From: an uncultured Pseudomonadota bacterium
GTDB taxonomy: Bacteria; Pseudomonadota; Alphaproteobacteria; Rhizobiales; Xanthobacteraceae
DNA: 64,000 nt
NCBI GenBank assembly: GCA_963836095.1
Contig: CAWIHU010000009.1
Coordinates: forward strand, 31,218-95,217
Direction: 5' to 3'
The translations under genes and the position numbers were made by a program. Shown here piece after piece: positions 10,079 through 18,867 of this stretch. How positions within the stretch are numbered: position 1 is the first letter of the stretch; each line of letters begins with the position of its first letter. The notes below the pieces were generated by a model. That model did no database searches and was not told the DNA's origin. It saw only the letters and a program-made list of their open reading frames with translations.

Positions 10079-10864
10079 TTAGAACTCCGAGGCCAGGCGG
10101 TCCAATCCCATGACATGGGCGAGGCTGCGGACCTCGTTCCGCTGCTCGTCGTCGAAGCTCATGATCAGCGGGATGGCGGCGCTCTTGAGGTTCGCCACTT
10201 CGGCGCCGTTGGGGTCGATCGAAGCGACGTCGGTCGCGCCGGGCGGCAGGCCGCGGCGGCGGGCGTCGCGCGCATTGGCATAAGCGATGTTGCGCAGCGC
10301 GGCTTCGACCGCCGGCCACATGCGTTCCTGGTCCGGCGTCAGGTGAAGCCGCCCTTTGATGCTGGCGATCTGGGTGTCGTTGAGGAAGCCGGGCCGCTCC
10401 GCGCGATGCGCGGTGACGGCCGCGATGGCCGCTGCCGCCGCCTGTTTCACCGGCGCGATGGCTCTCAGAACCGCCGCGGCCCTGCCATGCGGCGCGGCCG
10501 GGGCTTCGGCCGGTGGGGATGATCCGGCACCTTCCGCCGCGGGCTGGGCCTGCGCCGTCGGTTGCTGGGTCTGCGGCGTCGGCACCAGCGGTTCGGGACT
10601 GAGCAGCGCCAATTCGGCCGGGCCGAGTATCATGATCTTGTTGGCGGCAGGCGCGGTTGCCGCCGGTCTCGCCGCTGCATCAGGGACGGTCGCGGTGACA
10701 TCCGCGTCGTCGGGGAAACGCAGGGCTATGGTCTGGGCCGGCGAAAGGTCGGTGCCACTACTGCGCAGCGCCACGATCTGCCAGCCGCCAAGCAGATAGC
10801 CGACGCCGCCGGCCACGAGAATCGAAAGCGCTCGGCCGCGCTTCAACGCCCTTTTTCGCCGCAT
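10079..10864 (-). CDS. Membrane-anchored periplasmic protein, possibly Spy/CpxP-like (LTXXQ motifs), function unknown
   Basis: 261 aa. N-terminal basic segment plus TM (MRRKRALKRGRALSILVAGGVGYLLGG), then an Ala/Pro/Gln-rich linker. The C-terminal domain carries LHLTPDQERMW and a second FDDEQRNEV motif. Confidence 0.55.
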   Translation of the reverse strand: MRRKRALKRGRALSILVAGGVGYLLGGWQIVALRSSGTDLSPAQTIALRFPDDADVTATVPDAAARPAATAPAANKIMILGPAELALLSPEPLVPTPQTQQPTAQAQPAAEGAGSSPPAEAPAAPHGRAAAVLRAIAPVKQAAAAAIAAVTAHRAERPGFLNDTQIASIKGRLHLTPDQERMWPAVEAALRNIAYANARDARRRGLPPGATDVASIDPNGAEVANLKSAAIPLIMSFDDEQRNEVRSLAHVMGLDRLASEF

Positions 10865-10977
10865 GTCCCCTGACCCTCACCTTGGTCATCTATCTCCTTT
10901 CAAATGAAGCTTAATTTATGACTAAGGCGGGGATTTTTGCCGGCAGAACAGGGCGAACGGACGGGCGGCCGAACATG

Positions 10978-11002
10978 AAAAAGCCCGGCGGAAACGCCGG
11001 GC
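10978..11002 (-). terminator. Rho-independent terminator downstream of carD
   Basis: On the minus strand: GCCCGGCG-UUUC-CGCCGGGC, a perfect 8-bp stem, followed by UUUUU. Confidence 0.8.
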
Positions 11003-11053
11003 TTTTGGGATTGAGAGTAGTCCGATACCGCGTGCGCGGGCCTGGAGTGGCCG

Positions 11054-11626
11054 TCAGGCCGCCTCTTCCTCGACCACCGCTTCCTCTTCGGTCTCGGGCT
11101 TGGGACCGCGCCGCGGTCCCTTGGCCAACGCGGCCTCGATCTCCTTGACCGCTTCGGTCTCGGTGAGGCGCTGGACCGCCGCCACTTCGCGCGACAGCCG
11201 GTCGAGCGCGGCCTCGTAGAGCTGCCGCTCCGAATAAGACTGCTCCGGCTGGCTCTCCGACCGAAACAGGTCGCGCACCACCTCGGCGATCGCGACGATA
11301 TCGCCGGAATTGATCTTGGCCTCGTATTCCTGCGCCCGGCGCGACCACATCGTCCGCTTGACGCGGGCACGGCCCTTCAGCGTCTCGATCGCTTTCTTGA
11401 CCATCGCGCCTTCGGCAAGCTTGCGCATGCCGACGGAGGCGACCTTCGAGGTCGGCACCCGCAGCGTCATCTTGTCCTTGACGAAATTAATGACGAACAG
11501 CTCGAGCCGCGCGCCGGCGACTTCCTGCTCTTCGATCGCCATGATCTGGCCCACGCCATGGGCCGGATAAACGATATATTCGCTGGTCTTGAAGCCCTGC
11601 CGTTGTGTCGTCTTCTTCGCGGTCAT
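11054..11626 (-). CDS. carD: CarD/CdnL-family RNA-polymerase-binding transcription regulator
   Basis: ATG at 11626 preceded by GGAAGGAG (MTAKKTTQRQGFKTSEYIVYPAHGVGQIMAIEEQEVAG...). The ORF stays open to a GTG at 11827, but that extension is Ser/Arg/Lys-rich with poorer third-position GC. Confidence 0.9.
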   Translation of the reverse strand: MTAKKTTQRQGFKTSEYIVYPAHGVGQIMAIEEQEVAGARLELFVINFVKDKMTLRVPTSKVASVGMRKLAEGAMVKKAIETLKGRARVKRTMWSRRAQEYEAKINSGDIVAIAEVVRDLFRSESQPEQSYSERQLYEAALDRLSREVAAVQRLTETEAVKEIEAALAKGPRRGPKPETEEEAVVEEEAA

Positions 11627-11869
11627 TCCCAAAGCTACTCCTTCCGCCTCCGGCTTGCGCCGCTGAGGTGGCTTCGCCACGCCGATCCTGCTCCGGGGAG
11701 CACTCCGCGTGGTCTGTGATGTCCGCCTGCTGGCGCGGGCGGACGTTTTTCCAGCCTTCCGGGTCATGCCGGCCGTGCTTTTCTTCGAACGAGAACTCTT
11801 CGAACGCGTGCGAGTTTTGTCTGCCACAGCTTTCGCGTGGATATCACGCCTCTATTTGACGGTTCCTCG

Positions 11870-11908
11870 AAAAACCCCCGAAAAAATAAGCTCCCGGTTG
11901 CTGGGAGC
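11870..11908 (-). terminator. Second Rho-independent terminator between fdxA and carD
   Basis: On the minus strand: GCUCCC-AGCAACC-GGGAGC followed by UUAUUUUUUCGGGGGUUUUU. Confidence 0.65.
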
Positions 11909-11985
11909 CATGCTCGGGGCGTCTTGTTCATTGTTACAATGGCTTCATAGCACATTTTGCGCCAAAATCAAAGCCTTAACGCGTT

Positions 11986-12018
11986 GCAAAAGCGTCGCAT
12001 GGGGTGGGACCCCGCGAC
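11986..12018 (-). terminator. Rho-independent terminator downstream of fdxA
   Basis: On the minus strand: GUCGC-GGGG-UCCCA-CCCC-(AU)-GCGAC followed by GCUUUUGC. It starts about 30 nt after the fdxA stop. Confidence 0.5.
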
Positions 12019-12046
12019 GACCTGCACCGATTACCTTAAGGTTGCG

Positions 12047-12385
12047 TCAGTCGCCGGTTCCCGGCTTCGGCGAAAAAAAATTCTCGAATTTCTCGGCCAC
12101 GCCTTCCCAATCCTTGGCGTCGGCCGGCGGTTCCTTCTTGGCCGTGATGTTCGGCCATTGCTTGGCAAATTCGGCGTTGACGGTCAGCCATTTGTCGACG
12201 CCGGGCTCGGTGTCCGGCTTGATCGCCTCGACCGGGCATTCGGGTTCGCAGACGCCGCAATCGATGCATTCGTCAGGATGGATCACGAGCATGTTCTCGC
12301 CCTCGTAGAAGCAATCCACGGGGCAGACTTCCACGCAGTCCATGTATTTGCATTTGATGCAATTGTCGTTGACGATGTAGGTCAT
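12047..12385 (-). CDS. fdxA: 7Fe ferredoxin ([3Fe-4S][4Fe-4S])
   Basis: [55 protein letters not shown] is the classic FdxA cysteine pattern. 112 aa. Confidence 0.95.
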   Translation of the reverse strand: MTYIVNDNCIKCKYMDCVEVCPVDCFYEGENMLVIHPDECIDCGVCEPECPVEAIKPDTEPGVDKWLTVNAEFAKQWPNITAKKEPPADAKDWEGVAEKFENFFSPKPGTGD

Positions 12386-12493
12386 CTGATCACTCTAGAC
12401 GTGCTTTTCGCGAGCGCGCGTTGCTCCTAGCCTATGGTCGGAGCCGGTGCAAGTTGACTGCGCGGCCTCCTTGGCCACCGTCCTCCGGGCAAG

Positions 12494-12808
12494 CTACCGC
12501 GGCCGCTGATGTTCCAAATCCTCATATAAATCCGCGCCGGTTCCGGCGGGGCCCCGCCGCTCGACAAATCCCCTGATCCTCAGGACACGGACGGTGCGCG
12601 CCAGCGCCACCGTGACGACGTCGCCGGCGCGCACCAGCCGGCCCGGCGCCTCGATCCGCGTCCCGTTGACGCGCACATGGCCCGAACCGGCAAGGCTCGC
12701 GGCCGCCTCGCGGGTGCGGGTGAGGCGGGCATGCCAGAGCCAACGATCGATGCGCTGGCGCTCCGGCGCCGGCGGCACTTTTGCAGCATGTTCCTGAAGC
12801 GTGGACAC
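12494..12808 (-). CDS. RNA-binding S4 domain protein (Hsp15/HslR-like)
   Basis: 104 aa. QRIDRWLWHARLTRTREAAASLAGSGHVRVNGTRIEAPGRLVRAGDVV matches the S4 alpha-L motif. Confidence 0.8.
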   Translation of the reverse strand: MSTLQEHAAKVPPAPERQRIDRWLWHARLTRTREAAASLAGSGHVRVNGTRIEAPGRLVRAGDVVTVALARTVRVLRIRGFVERRGPAGTGADLYEDLEHQRPR

Positions 12809-12844
12809 CGGCCTTCCGTCAGACCATGCGACACATATGAGGCT

Positions 12845-15800
12845 TTACCGCCGCTCCTTGGCCTCGGCTTCCAGCTGGGCCTTGAGCGCGGCAAGCTTGG
12901 CGAACGGCGAATTGGGATCGGGCGCCTTCTCGCGGCGCTCCGGCCGGCCGGCGTGAGCGTGCGCCGGCGGGCGCTCGCGATCACGCCGCGGACGGTCGAA
13001 CCGCTGATCCGGCCGCTGATCCGGCGGACCTTTGCGGCGATGATGGCGATGATGGTGGCTCGGCGCGGGCGCTGTTGCCGTCGCCAACGCCGGTTCCGAC
13101 GATGGTGTCGAATCCGCGGGTTCGGTCGCGACGGGCGGCGTGCCCGCGACTTCCGTGTGCTGCGGCGCCGGCCTGCCGCCGTGCCTGCCCCCTTCGCGCC
13201 CGCGGAAACGCGGCCGGCGTGGCCCCTCGGGCCGCGCGGCGCGACCCGGTCGCCACACTTCGATCATCTCAGGCTCGGCCGCTTGCAGCTCCGCCGCCGC
13301 TGCCTCGGCAGTCGGCGCGGCTGCTTCGTTCCCGGTGGTCGATGAACTTAACGCGACCGTGCCGTCGGCAGCCGCGGTCTCGGCCTCGGCCTCGGGCTGC
13401 AAGGTCGCTTCGACGCCATCGGCGACCGCTGGCGCCGGCGCCGTCTCGTCGGCGGCGTGCTCGGCATGCTCAGCCGGCGCGAGATCGACAGGAGTTCTCG
13501 AGCGCGGCATCGACTGACGCGTGATCGGTCGCGGACCCGTCGGCATCATTCGCACCCTCGGCGTTGGCGGCAATTGCCACCGCCGGCTCCGGCGCGACGA
13601 CCGCGGCCGGCGTTTCGGCGACGGCGACGGGTTCGGCCGGCTTCGGCCGCTTTTCCATGCGATAGCCCAGCGAACGCAGGATCGATGCGAAATCCTCGCC
13701 GGAGGCGCCGGTCAGCGAGGTCATGGTGTTGACGACGGTGAAGCCGCCGCCGGGAAGAGCGCCCGGCGGTTTCGCGCCCGATGCGCCCTCGCGCCAAGCA
13801 AGCGCCGGCCGGATGAGATCGGCGAGCCGCTCCAGAATATCGACCCGCACCGCGCGCTCGCCGCACACCCGGTAGCCGGCGTTGCGGTAGAGCACGGGGT
13901 CGATGTCTTTGTTCACCGGCATCGAGGTGCGGCCGCCGGCGGCGAGATGCAAAAGATCGTCGGCGCCCTGGCTCTGCGCATTTTCGTGCGAGAGTGCCCA
14001 GAGCTGGATCGCGAGCGCACGCGGCGCCGGTTTGAGCAGGAGCGGCAGATAGATGTGGTAGGCGCCGAACCGCACGCCGTATTTGCGCAAGGTCGCCCGC
14101 GCCGGCTGATCCAGGCCCTTGACGTCGTCGGCGACGCGCTGCCGGTCGAGGACGCCGAGCGCTTCGACCAGTTGAAACGCGACGCCGCGGGCCATGCCGG
14201 TCACGTCCTCGGCCGCGGCCAGCGCGAACAAGGGACCGAGCAGCTTTTCGATGTGCGCCTTGACCCAGCGGTCGAGCCGGGCCTCGACGGCCTCGCGCGG
14301 CGCGCCGGAAAGATGCTCGTCGGCGACGAGCCGCACCCGCGGGCGCAGCACCTCCTCGCCGGCGATGAGCTTGCCGACCGCGGCGCCGGTCCAGCGGATA
14401 GTGCCGTCGGACGCGAGCACGAATTGCTCGTCCGGCGCCTCGGCAAGCCGCGTGGCGCGGTTGCCGATTTCGCCGACCAGCGCCTTCTGCGCGGCGTTCT
14501 GCAGGGCCTTGGCTTCCGAGCCACCCGAGGAAGCGTCGGCGACGAAGACGAAACCGTCGAGGCGGCCGATGGTGTGGCCTTCGACGACGACATCGCCGGT
14601 TTTGGTGATTTCGGGCTCCATGATGGCATTCTCACGCAGCCGCCGCATCAAGACGCTGGTGCGGCGATCGACAAAGCGTTCGGTCAGCCGCTCGTGTAGC
14701 GCATCGGACAGCTTGTCCTCCACGGCGCGCGCCTCGGCTTGCCAGTGCTCGGGATCGGCGAGCCAGTCGGGACGGTTCGCAGCGAAGGTCCAGGTCCGAA
14801 TGTGGGCGATGCGTGCGGACAACGTGTCGATGTCGCCATCGGTTCGATCCGCCTGCGCCACCTGTTGCGCGAACCAGTCGGTCGGGATGTGGCGGTCGCG
14901 CATCAGATAGCCGTAGATCGCAACGGCCAGCTCGGCATGGGTCGCCGGCGCGATCTTGCGGTAATCGGGAACCTGACAGACGTCCCACAGCCGCTCAACG
15001 TCGGCGGGCGTGCGCGTCAGCGCCCGCACCTCCTCGTCGCGCGCGGCGTGGTCGAGCACCAGAATGTCGTCGGCGACCGGGGCGCGGCTCAGCGCGTTTT
15101 CCGTCGGCGCCGTCGCCAGCGCCGCCTGCAGGGCGGCGATCGAGGAGAAATCGAGCTCGGTGTTGCGCCATTGCGCGATCTTCACCGGCTCGAAAGTGTG
15201 AGCTTCGAGCGCCTGGGCGAGCTCGGGCTCGAACGGCGGACACCGCCCGGTGGTGCCGAAGGTGCCGTCGCGCGTGGCGCGGCCGGCGCGGCCGGCGATC
15301 TGCGCCAGTTCCGAGGGGTTGAGCTTGCGGAACTGATAGCCGTCGAACTTGCGGTCGGCGGCGAACGCGACGTGGTCGACGTCGAGATTGAGGCCCATGC
15401 CGATGGCGTCGGTCGCCACCATGTAGTCGACCTCGCCCGATTGATAGAGTTCGACCTGCGCGTTGCGGGTGCGCGGCGAAAGTGCGCCGAGCACCACCGC
15501 GGCGCCGCCGCGCTGGCGGCGGATCAGCTCGGCGATGGCGTAGACCTCGTCCGTCGAGAACGCGACGATGGCCGAGCGGCGCGGCAGCCGGGTGAGCTTC
15601 TTCTCGCCGGCGAAGCTCAATTGCGACAGCCGCGGGCGGCTGACGATGCTCGCGCCCGGCAACAGCCGCTCGACGATCGGGCGCATCGTGGCGGCGCCGA
15701 GGACGAGCGTCTCCTCGCGGCCGCGCCGGTTCAGCATCCGGTCGGTGAAGACGTGGCCGCGTTCGAAATCGGCGGCGATCTGGATCTCGTCGACGGCGAG

Positions 15801-16109
15801 GAACGCAACGTCGAGGTCGCGCGGCATCGCTTCGACGGTCGCGACCCAAAAGCGCGGATTCGGCGGCTTGATCTTCTCCTCGCCGGTGATCAGCGCGACG
15901 GCGTCCGCCCCGGCGCGCTCGACCGCGCGGTTATAGACTTCGCGCGCGAGGAGTCGCAGCGGCAGACCGATCAGGCCCGATGAGTGCGCCAGCATCCGCT
16001 CGATGGCGAGATGCGTCTTGCCGGTATTGGTCGGCCCGAGCACGGCGGTGACGCCGGCGCCGCGTGCGCGCACGTCGCTTTTGGTCGATGGTGAGAATGA
16101 AATCGGCAT
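12845..16109 (-). pseudogene. SUV3-like ATP-dependent helicase with Arg/Pro-rich C-terminal tail, split by one +1 frameshift as sequenced
   Basis: ATG at 16109 (MPISFSPSTKSDVRARGAGVTAVLGPTNTGKTH, Walker A), DEIQ box and helicase C domain lie in ORF 13470..16160. The conserved tail (...PDPNSPFAKLAALKAQLEAEAKERR*) lies in ORF 12845..13573. The frames meet at about 13480-13500 (...SVDAALENS | VDLAPAEHAEH...). Confidence 0.85.
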
Positions 16110-16555
16110 GGAATTCCCGGCAGGCCGCGTCTCGTGTCCCAGAGGCTCGTTCTGTATCACAATATGACGCGGGATAGGCCTGTGCTTAACATGTGGAACG
16201 AGTCTGGAACGAATCGCGGCCGAATCGGCGACTCCACCGATGTTCGAGTTCGTTCACCGCGACATATGGCACTCGCATGCAGACACAATACCAGATCGGG
16301 GAGTTTGCGCGATTCCGATACGGTAATTTCGCGGTGCGATCGTTAATCTCAGGCGCAAACGCGATTCCGCTATAAGTCAAGAGCAATCCTCATGTGGATT
16401 GTGGGGACTGGGAGCCCGGCGCCTCGAATGCGGGGACCGGATGTGGGGATGTCGTCCTTCAAATCGGCACGGCGACGGCCGGTTTCCAGTTTGCCGGCCG
16501 CACGTGACGCGGCCGTGATCGCCGGCTGCAGCCACCGCATCACCTACCACACAGC

Positions 16556-17503
16556 CTATTGCACTTTGGCGGCGGTATTGGCGTGGGCCGGCTGCGCTAC
16601 CGACACGAATCGGGTCGCCTGCAGCACGCCGTAGCCGATCGGCGTCGGCATCGAAAAGCGGAACGGCACCAGGACCCGCGTGCCCAGGATCGGCGCGAAA
16701 TACACCTCCGCGTCGCGCAGCGCGGTGAGATATTTGATGGCGGCGCGGTCGGGCACGTAGCCGGACACCGGGGTGAAATAGACCGAACAGACCAGCGCCG
16801 GCCCCTGATAGCCGCGCTCGGCCTTGACCATCTCGAGCCGCTTGAACTCGCTGCGCAGGTCGTAGCGCATGCGGCCGTCGAACACCGCGACCTTGCGGTT
16901 GCAGGCCTCCGGCGACAGCGGGTCGCCGGAGCCGCTGACGCGGTTCAAGGCCGAGGTCATGGGGTCGAGGACGCCGCGGCGATCCGCGTCGGTCACCGGA
17001 ATCCGGTCCGATTGCGGCGACGGCGGCGGCTCGACCGAATAATCCTTCACGTTGCCGCCGACCAGTGCCATGCGCACGTCGTCGATCTTGCGGTCGTTGA
17101 TGATCGTCGCGGCGTAGCTCGTCGGCACGAGCTGGGCGCCGTTGAAGGTGCCGCGCGACGCGCTGGTGCCGCGCGCATTGGCGATGAAGCGCAGGATGCC
17201 GGTCGTCGCCCCGCTCGCGGCAGCGGTGAACTGGTCGTCGGAGACCTCGATGACCCAATTGCCGCGTCCGATCGGGATGCCGGAAATGCTGACGGTATAT
17301 TCCGCTTCGAGCCGGCTTTGCGCCTGCGCCGCGGCGCCGTGGGTCGCATCGGCCGCCACCACGGCCGAAAAAGCGGCCGCGAAAGCCGCGCCGGCCAATG
17401 TCGTCCCAGGCCATGTCGCCCTAGGCCATGTCGCCCTAGGCCATGTCGCGCCGCAAGCGAACGGTCCGGCATTGCGAACAAGCCGTTTCGGCAGCACGGG
17501 CAT
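16556..17503 (-). CDS. DUF3108-like secreted protein of unknown function
   Basis: 315 aa. Signal-like N-terminus, then EAEYTVSISGIPIGRGNWVIEVSDDQFTAAASG... and an all-beta-like composition. The family assignment is from memory of the DUF3108 pattern. Confidence 0.65.
   Translation of the reverse strand: MPVLPKRLVRNAGPFACGATWPRATWPRATWPGTTLAGAAFAAAFSAVVAADATHGAAAQAQSRLEAEYTVSISGIPIGRGNWVIEVSDDQFTAAASGATTGILRFIANARGTSASRGTFNGAQLVPTSYAATIINDRKIDDVRMALVGGNVKDYSVEPPPSPQSDRIPVTDADRRGVLDPMTSALNRVSGSGDPLSPEACNRKVAVFDGRMRYDLRSEFKRLEMVKAERGYQGPALVCSVYFTPVSGYVPDRAAIKYLTALRDAEVYFAPILGTRVLVPFRFSMPTPIGYGVLQATRFVSVAQPAHANTAAKVQ
17408..17452 (-). repeat. 15-bp in-frame tandem repeat (about 2.9 copies) inside the signal-peptide region of the DUF3108 gene
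   Basis: Plus strand aggccatgtcgccct x2 plus a partial copy. It encodes ATWPR-ATWPR-ATWPG. Confidence 0.9.
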
Positions 17504-17746
17504 CGGCGGAAGTTTCCCTTGGAAGACCAGGATTGCAATTGCGGCCGGTGCACCACGATGTGCCGGGCCGGCCGCTTCTGTGCGTTGAGGTGAAGTCTAC
17601 GTAGTGTCTTGGAACACAATGCGTCGTTTCTGTGGTTTTGCGTAGCCCCCGCGGACCGCAAATCACAATTTACGCACGCCGCTACCGGCATGGCCGCCGT
17701 CGACCGAAGGCGTTGCCGCCAAGTCTTATCCCACTAACCGCGACGC

Positions 17747-17775
17747 TTGACGCTTGCAGGGGCGGTCATTATACG
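17747..17775 (+). promoter_or_regulatory. Sigma70-type promoter candidate for rpmB
   Basis: TTGACG (17747-17752), 17 nt spacer, TATACG (17770-17775). About 100 nt upstream of the rpmB ATG. Confidence 0.35.
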
Positions 17776-17872
17776 TCCGCACCTCTCCGCCCCGATTGTC
17801 CGTAAGCCGGCGCAGAAAGCCGGCGCAGATGCGCGGAGCGCTCGAGAGCGATTGCAGCTAGGATTCTTGACC

Positions 17873-18163
17873 ATGTCACGGCGTTGCGAGCTGACCGGAA
17901 AAACACGCCAGATCGGGAACCGGGTGAGCCACTCGAACCGCAAGACCAAGCGGCGGTTCCTGCCCAACCTCCTCAGCGTGACGCTGATGTCGGACGTGCT
18001 CGGCCGCTCGGTGCGCTTAAGGATTTCGGCCAATGCGCTCAAGACCGTCGATCATCGCGGCGGCTTCGACGCGTTCCTCCTGAAGGCCAAGGATGCCGAG
18101 TTGTCCGAGCGGGCGCTCGAGCTCAAGCGCCAAGTGACGAAGAAGCGCGCCGAGGCGGCCTGA
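17873..18163 (+). CDS. rpmB: 50S ribosomal protein L28
   Basis: ATG at 17873. [33 protein letters not shown] is the canonical L28 N-terminus. Confidence 0.95.
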   Translation: MSRRCELTGKTRQIGNRVSHSNRKTKRRFLPNLLSVTLMSDVLGRSVRLRISANALKTVDHRGGFDAFLLKAKDAELSERALELKRQVTKKRAEAA

Positions 18164-18286
18164 TCGCACGCGCCCGCCGCGCTGTTTTTCGCCGTTGAGA
18201 ATCCCGCCGTTCCAGCAAGCGATCCCTGGCCCGAATTGAGCGCGGAGCCCGTGCAGCTTGCCGCGCTCAAGGCGGGTAAACGCGTC

Positions 18287-18625
18287 CTACTTGCTTGCCG
18301 GAGGCGCGTAGGCGCCGCGAAGCTCGCTCGCCTTTTTCCGGACGTGGGCTACTTCCTCCTGCGTCAATAGACGCGTGAGCTTCACATTGTGAAGGGCGCC
18401 GGACGCCACGACCACGCCGGAGATCGCCGCCGCCGCACTGGGATCGGGCACGTCGAAGATGACCATGACGCCGGGACCGTCGGCGGGCGTGCTGTACATC
18501 GAGATCAATTTGCCGCCGGCTGCTTCGATGAGTTTCTTCGCCGCCTCGAACCGATTGGCCGTCGGATTGCTCATCATGTTGTTGAGCGCTTGTGGCGTGT
18601 ACTGTGCCGTGAAGCAGAAATGCAT
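18287..18625 (-). CDS. GYD domain-containing protein
   Basis: ATG at 18625 (MHFCFTAQYTPQALNNMMSNPTANRFEAAKKLIEAAGGKLISMY...). About 112 aa with the GYD-family length and pattern. Confidence 0.75.
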   Translation of the reverse strand: MHFCFTAQYTPQALNNMMSNPTANRFEAAKKLIEAAGGKLISMYSTPADGPGVMVIFDVPDPSAAAAISGVVVASGALHNVKLTRLLTQEEVAHVRKKASELRGAYAPPASK

Positions 18626-18867
18626 GAAGTCCTCCCTTGGTGGTCTTGCGATCAAATTTTATTTGCAGCCCTTCCAGGTGGATCGTCACCGCCGTCGAGA
18701 AACGGCCCTCCTTGGCGATTGATCCGCGCGAAAGAGCGCGGCGACCCTAACAGGGCGAGCCATGGCTGGCCATGCGCAAAAGCGCGCTCTGAGCGCGACG
18801 CGACGTGAAAATTTGGAGGAAAAAAATCCTCGCCGGTGCGCGATGAATGAATAAAGCTCGTCAGGCG

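Noticed and set aside
16194-16230. Two GGAAC motifs (tGGAACgagtctGGAACgaatcg...) in the AT-richer helicase upstream region, considered as EcfG promoters
   Set aside because: Neither is followed by CGTT, or even TT, at 16-18 nt. The motif alone is too short to be meaningful.
18236-18270. 10-bp-stem hairpin TTGAGCGCGG...CCGCGCTCAA between rpmB and the GYD gene, considered as a terminator or sRNA
   Set aside because: It has no U-tract on either strand and a 15-nt loop. It probably acts as a structural barrier between convergent genes, but it cannot be called from sequence alone.
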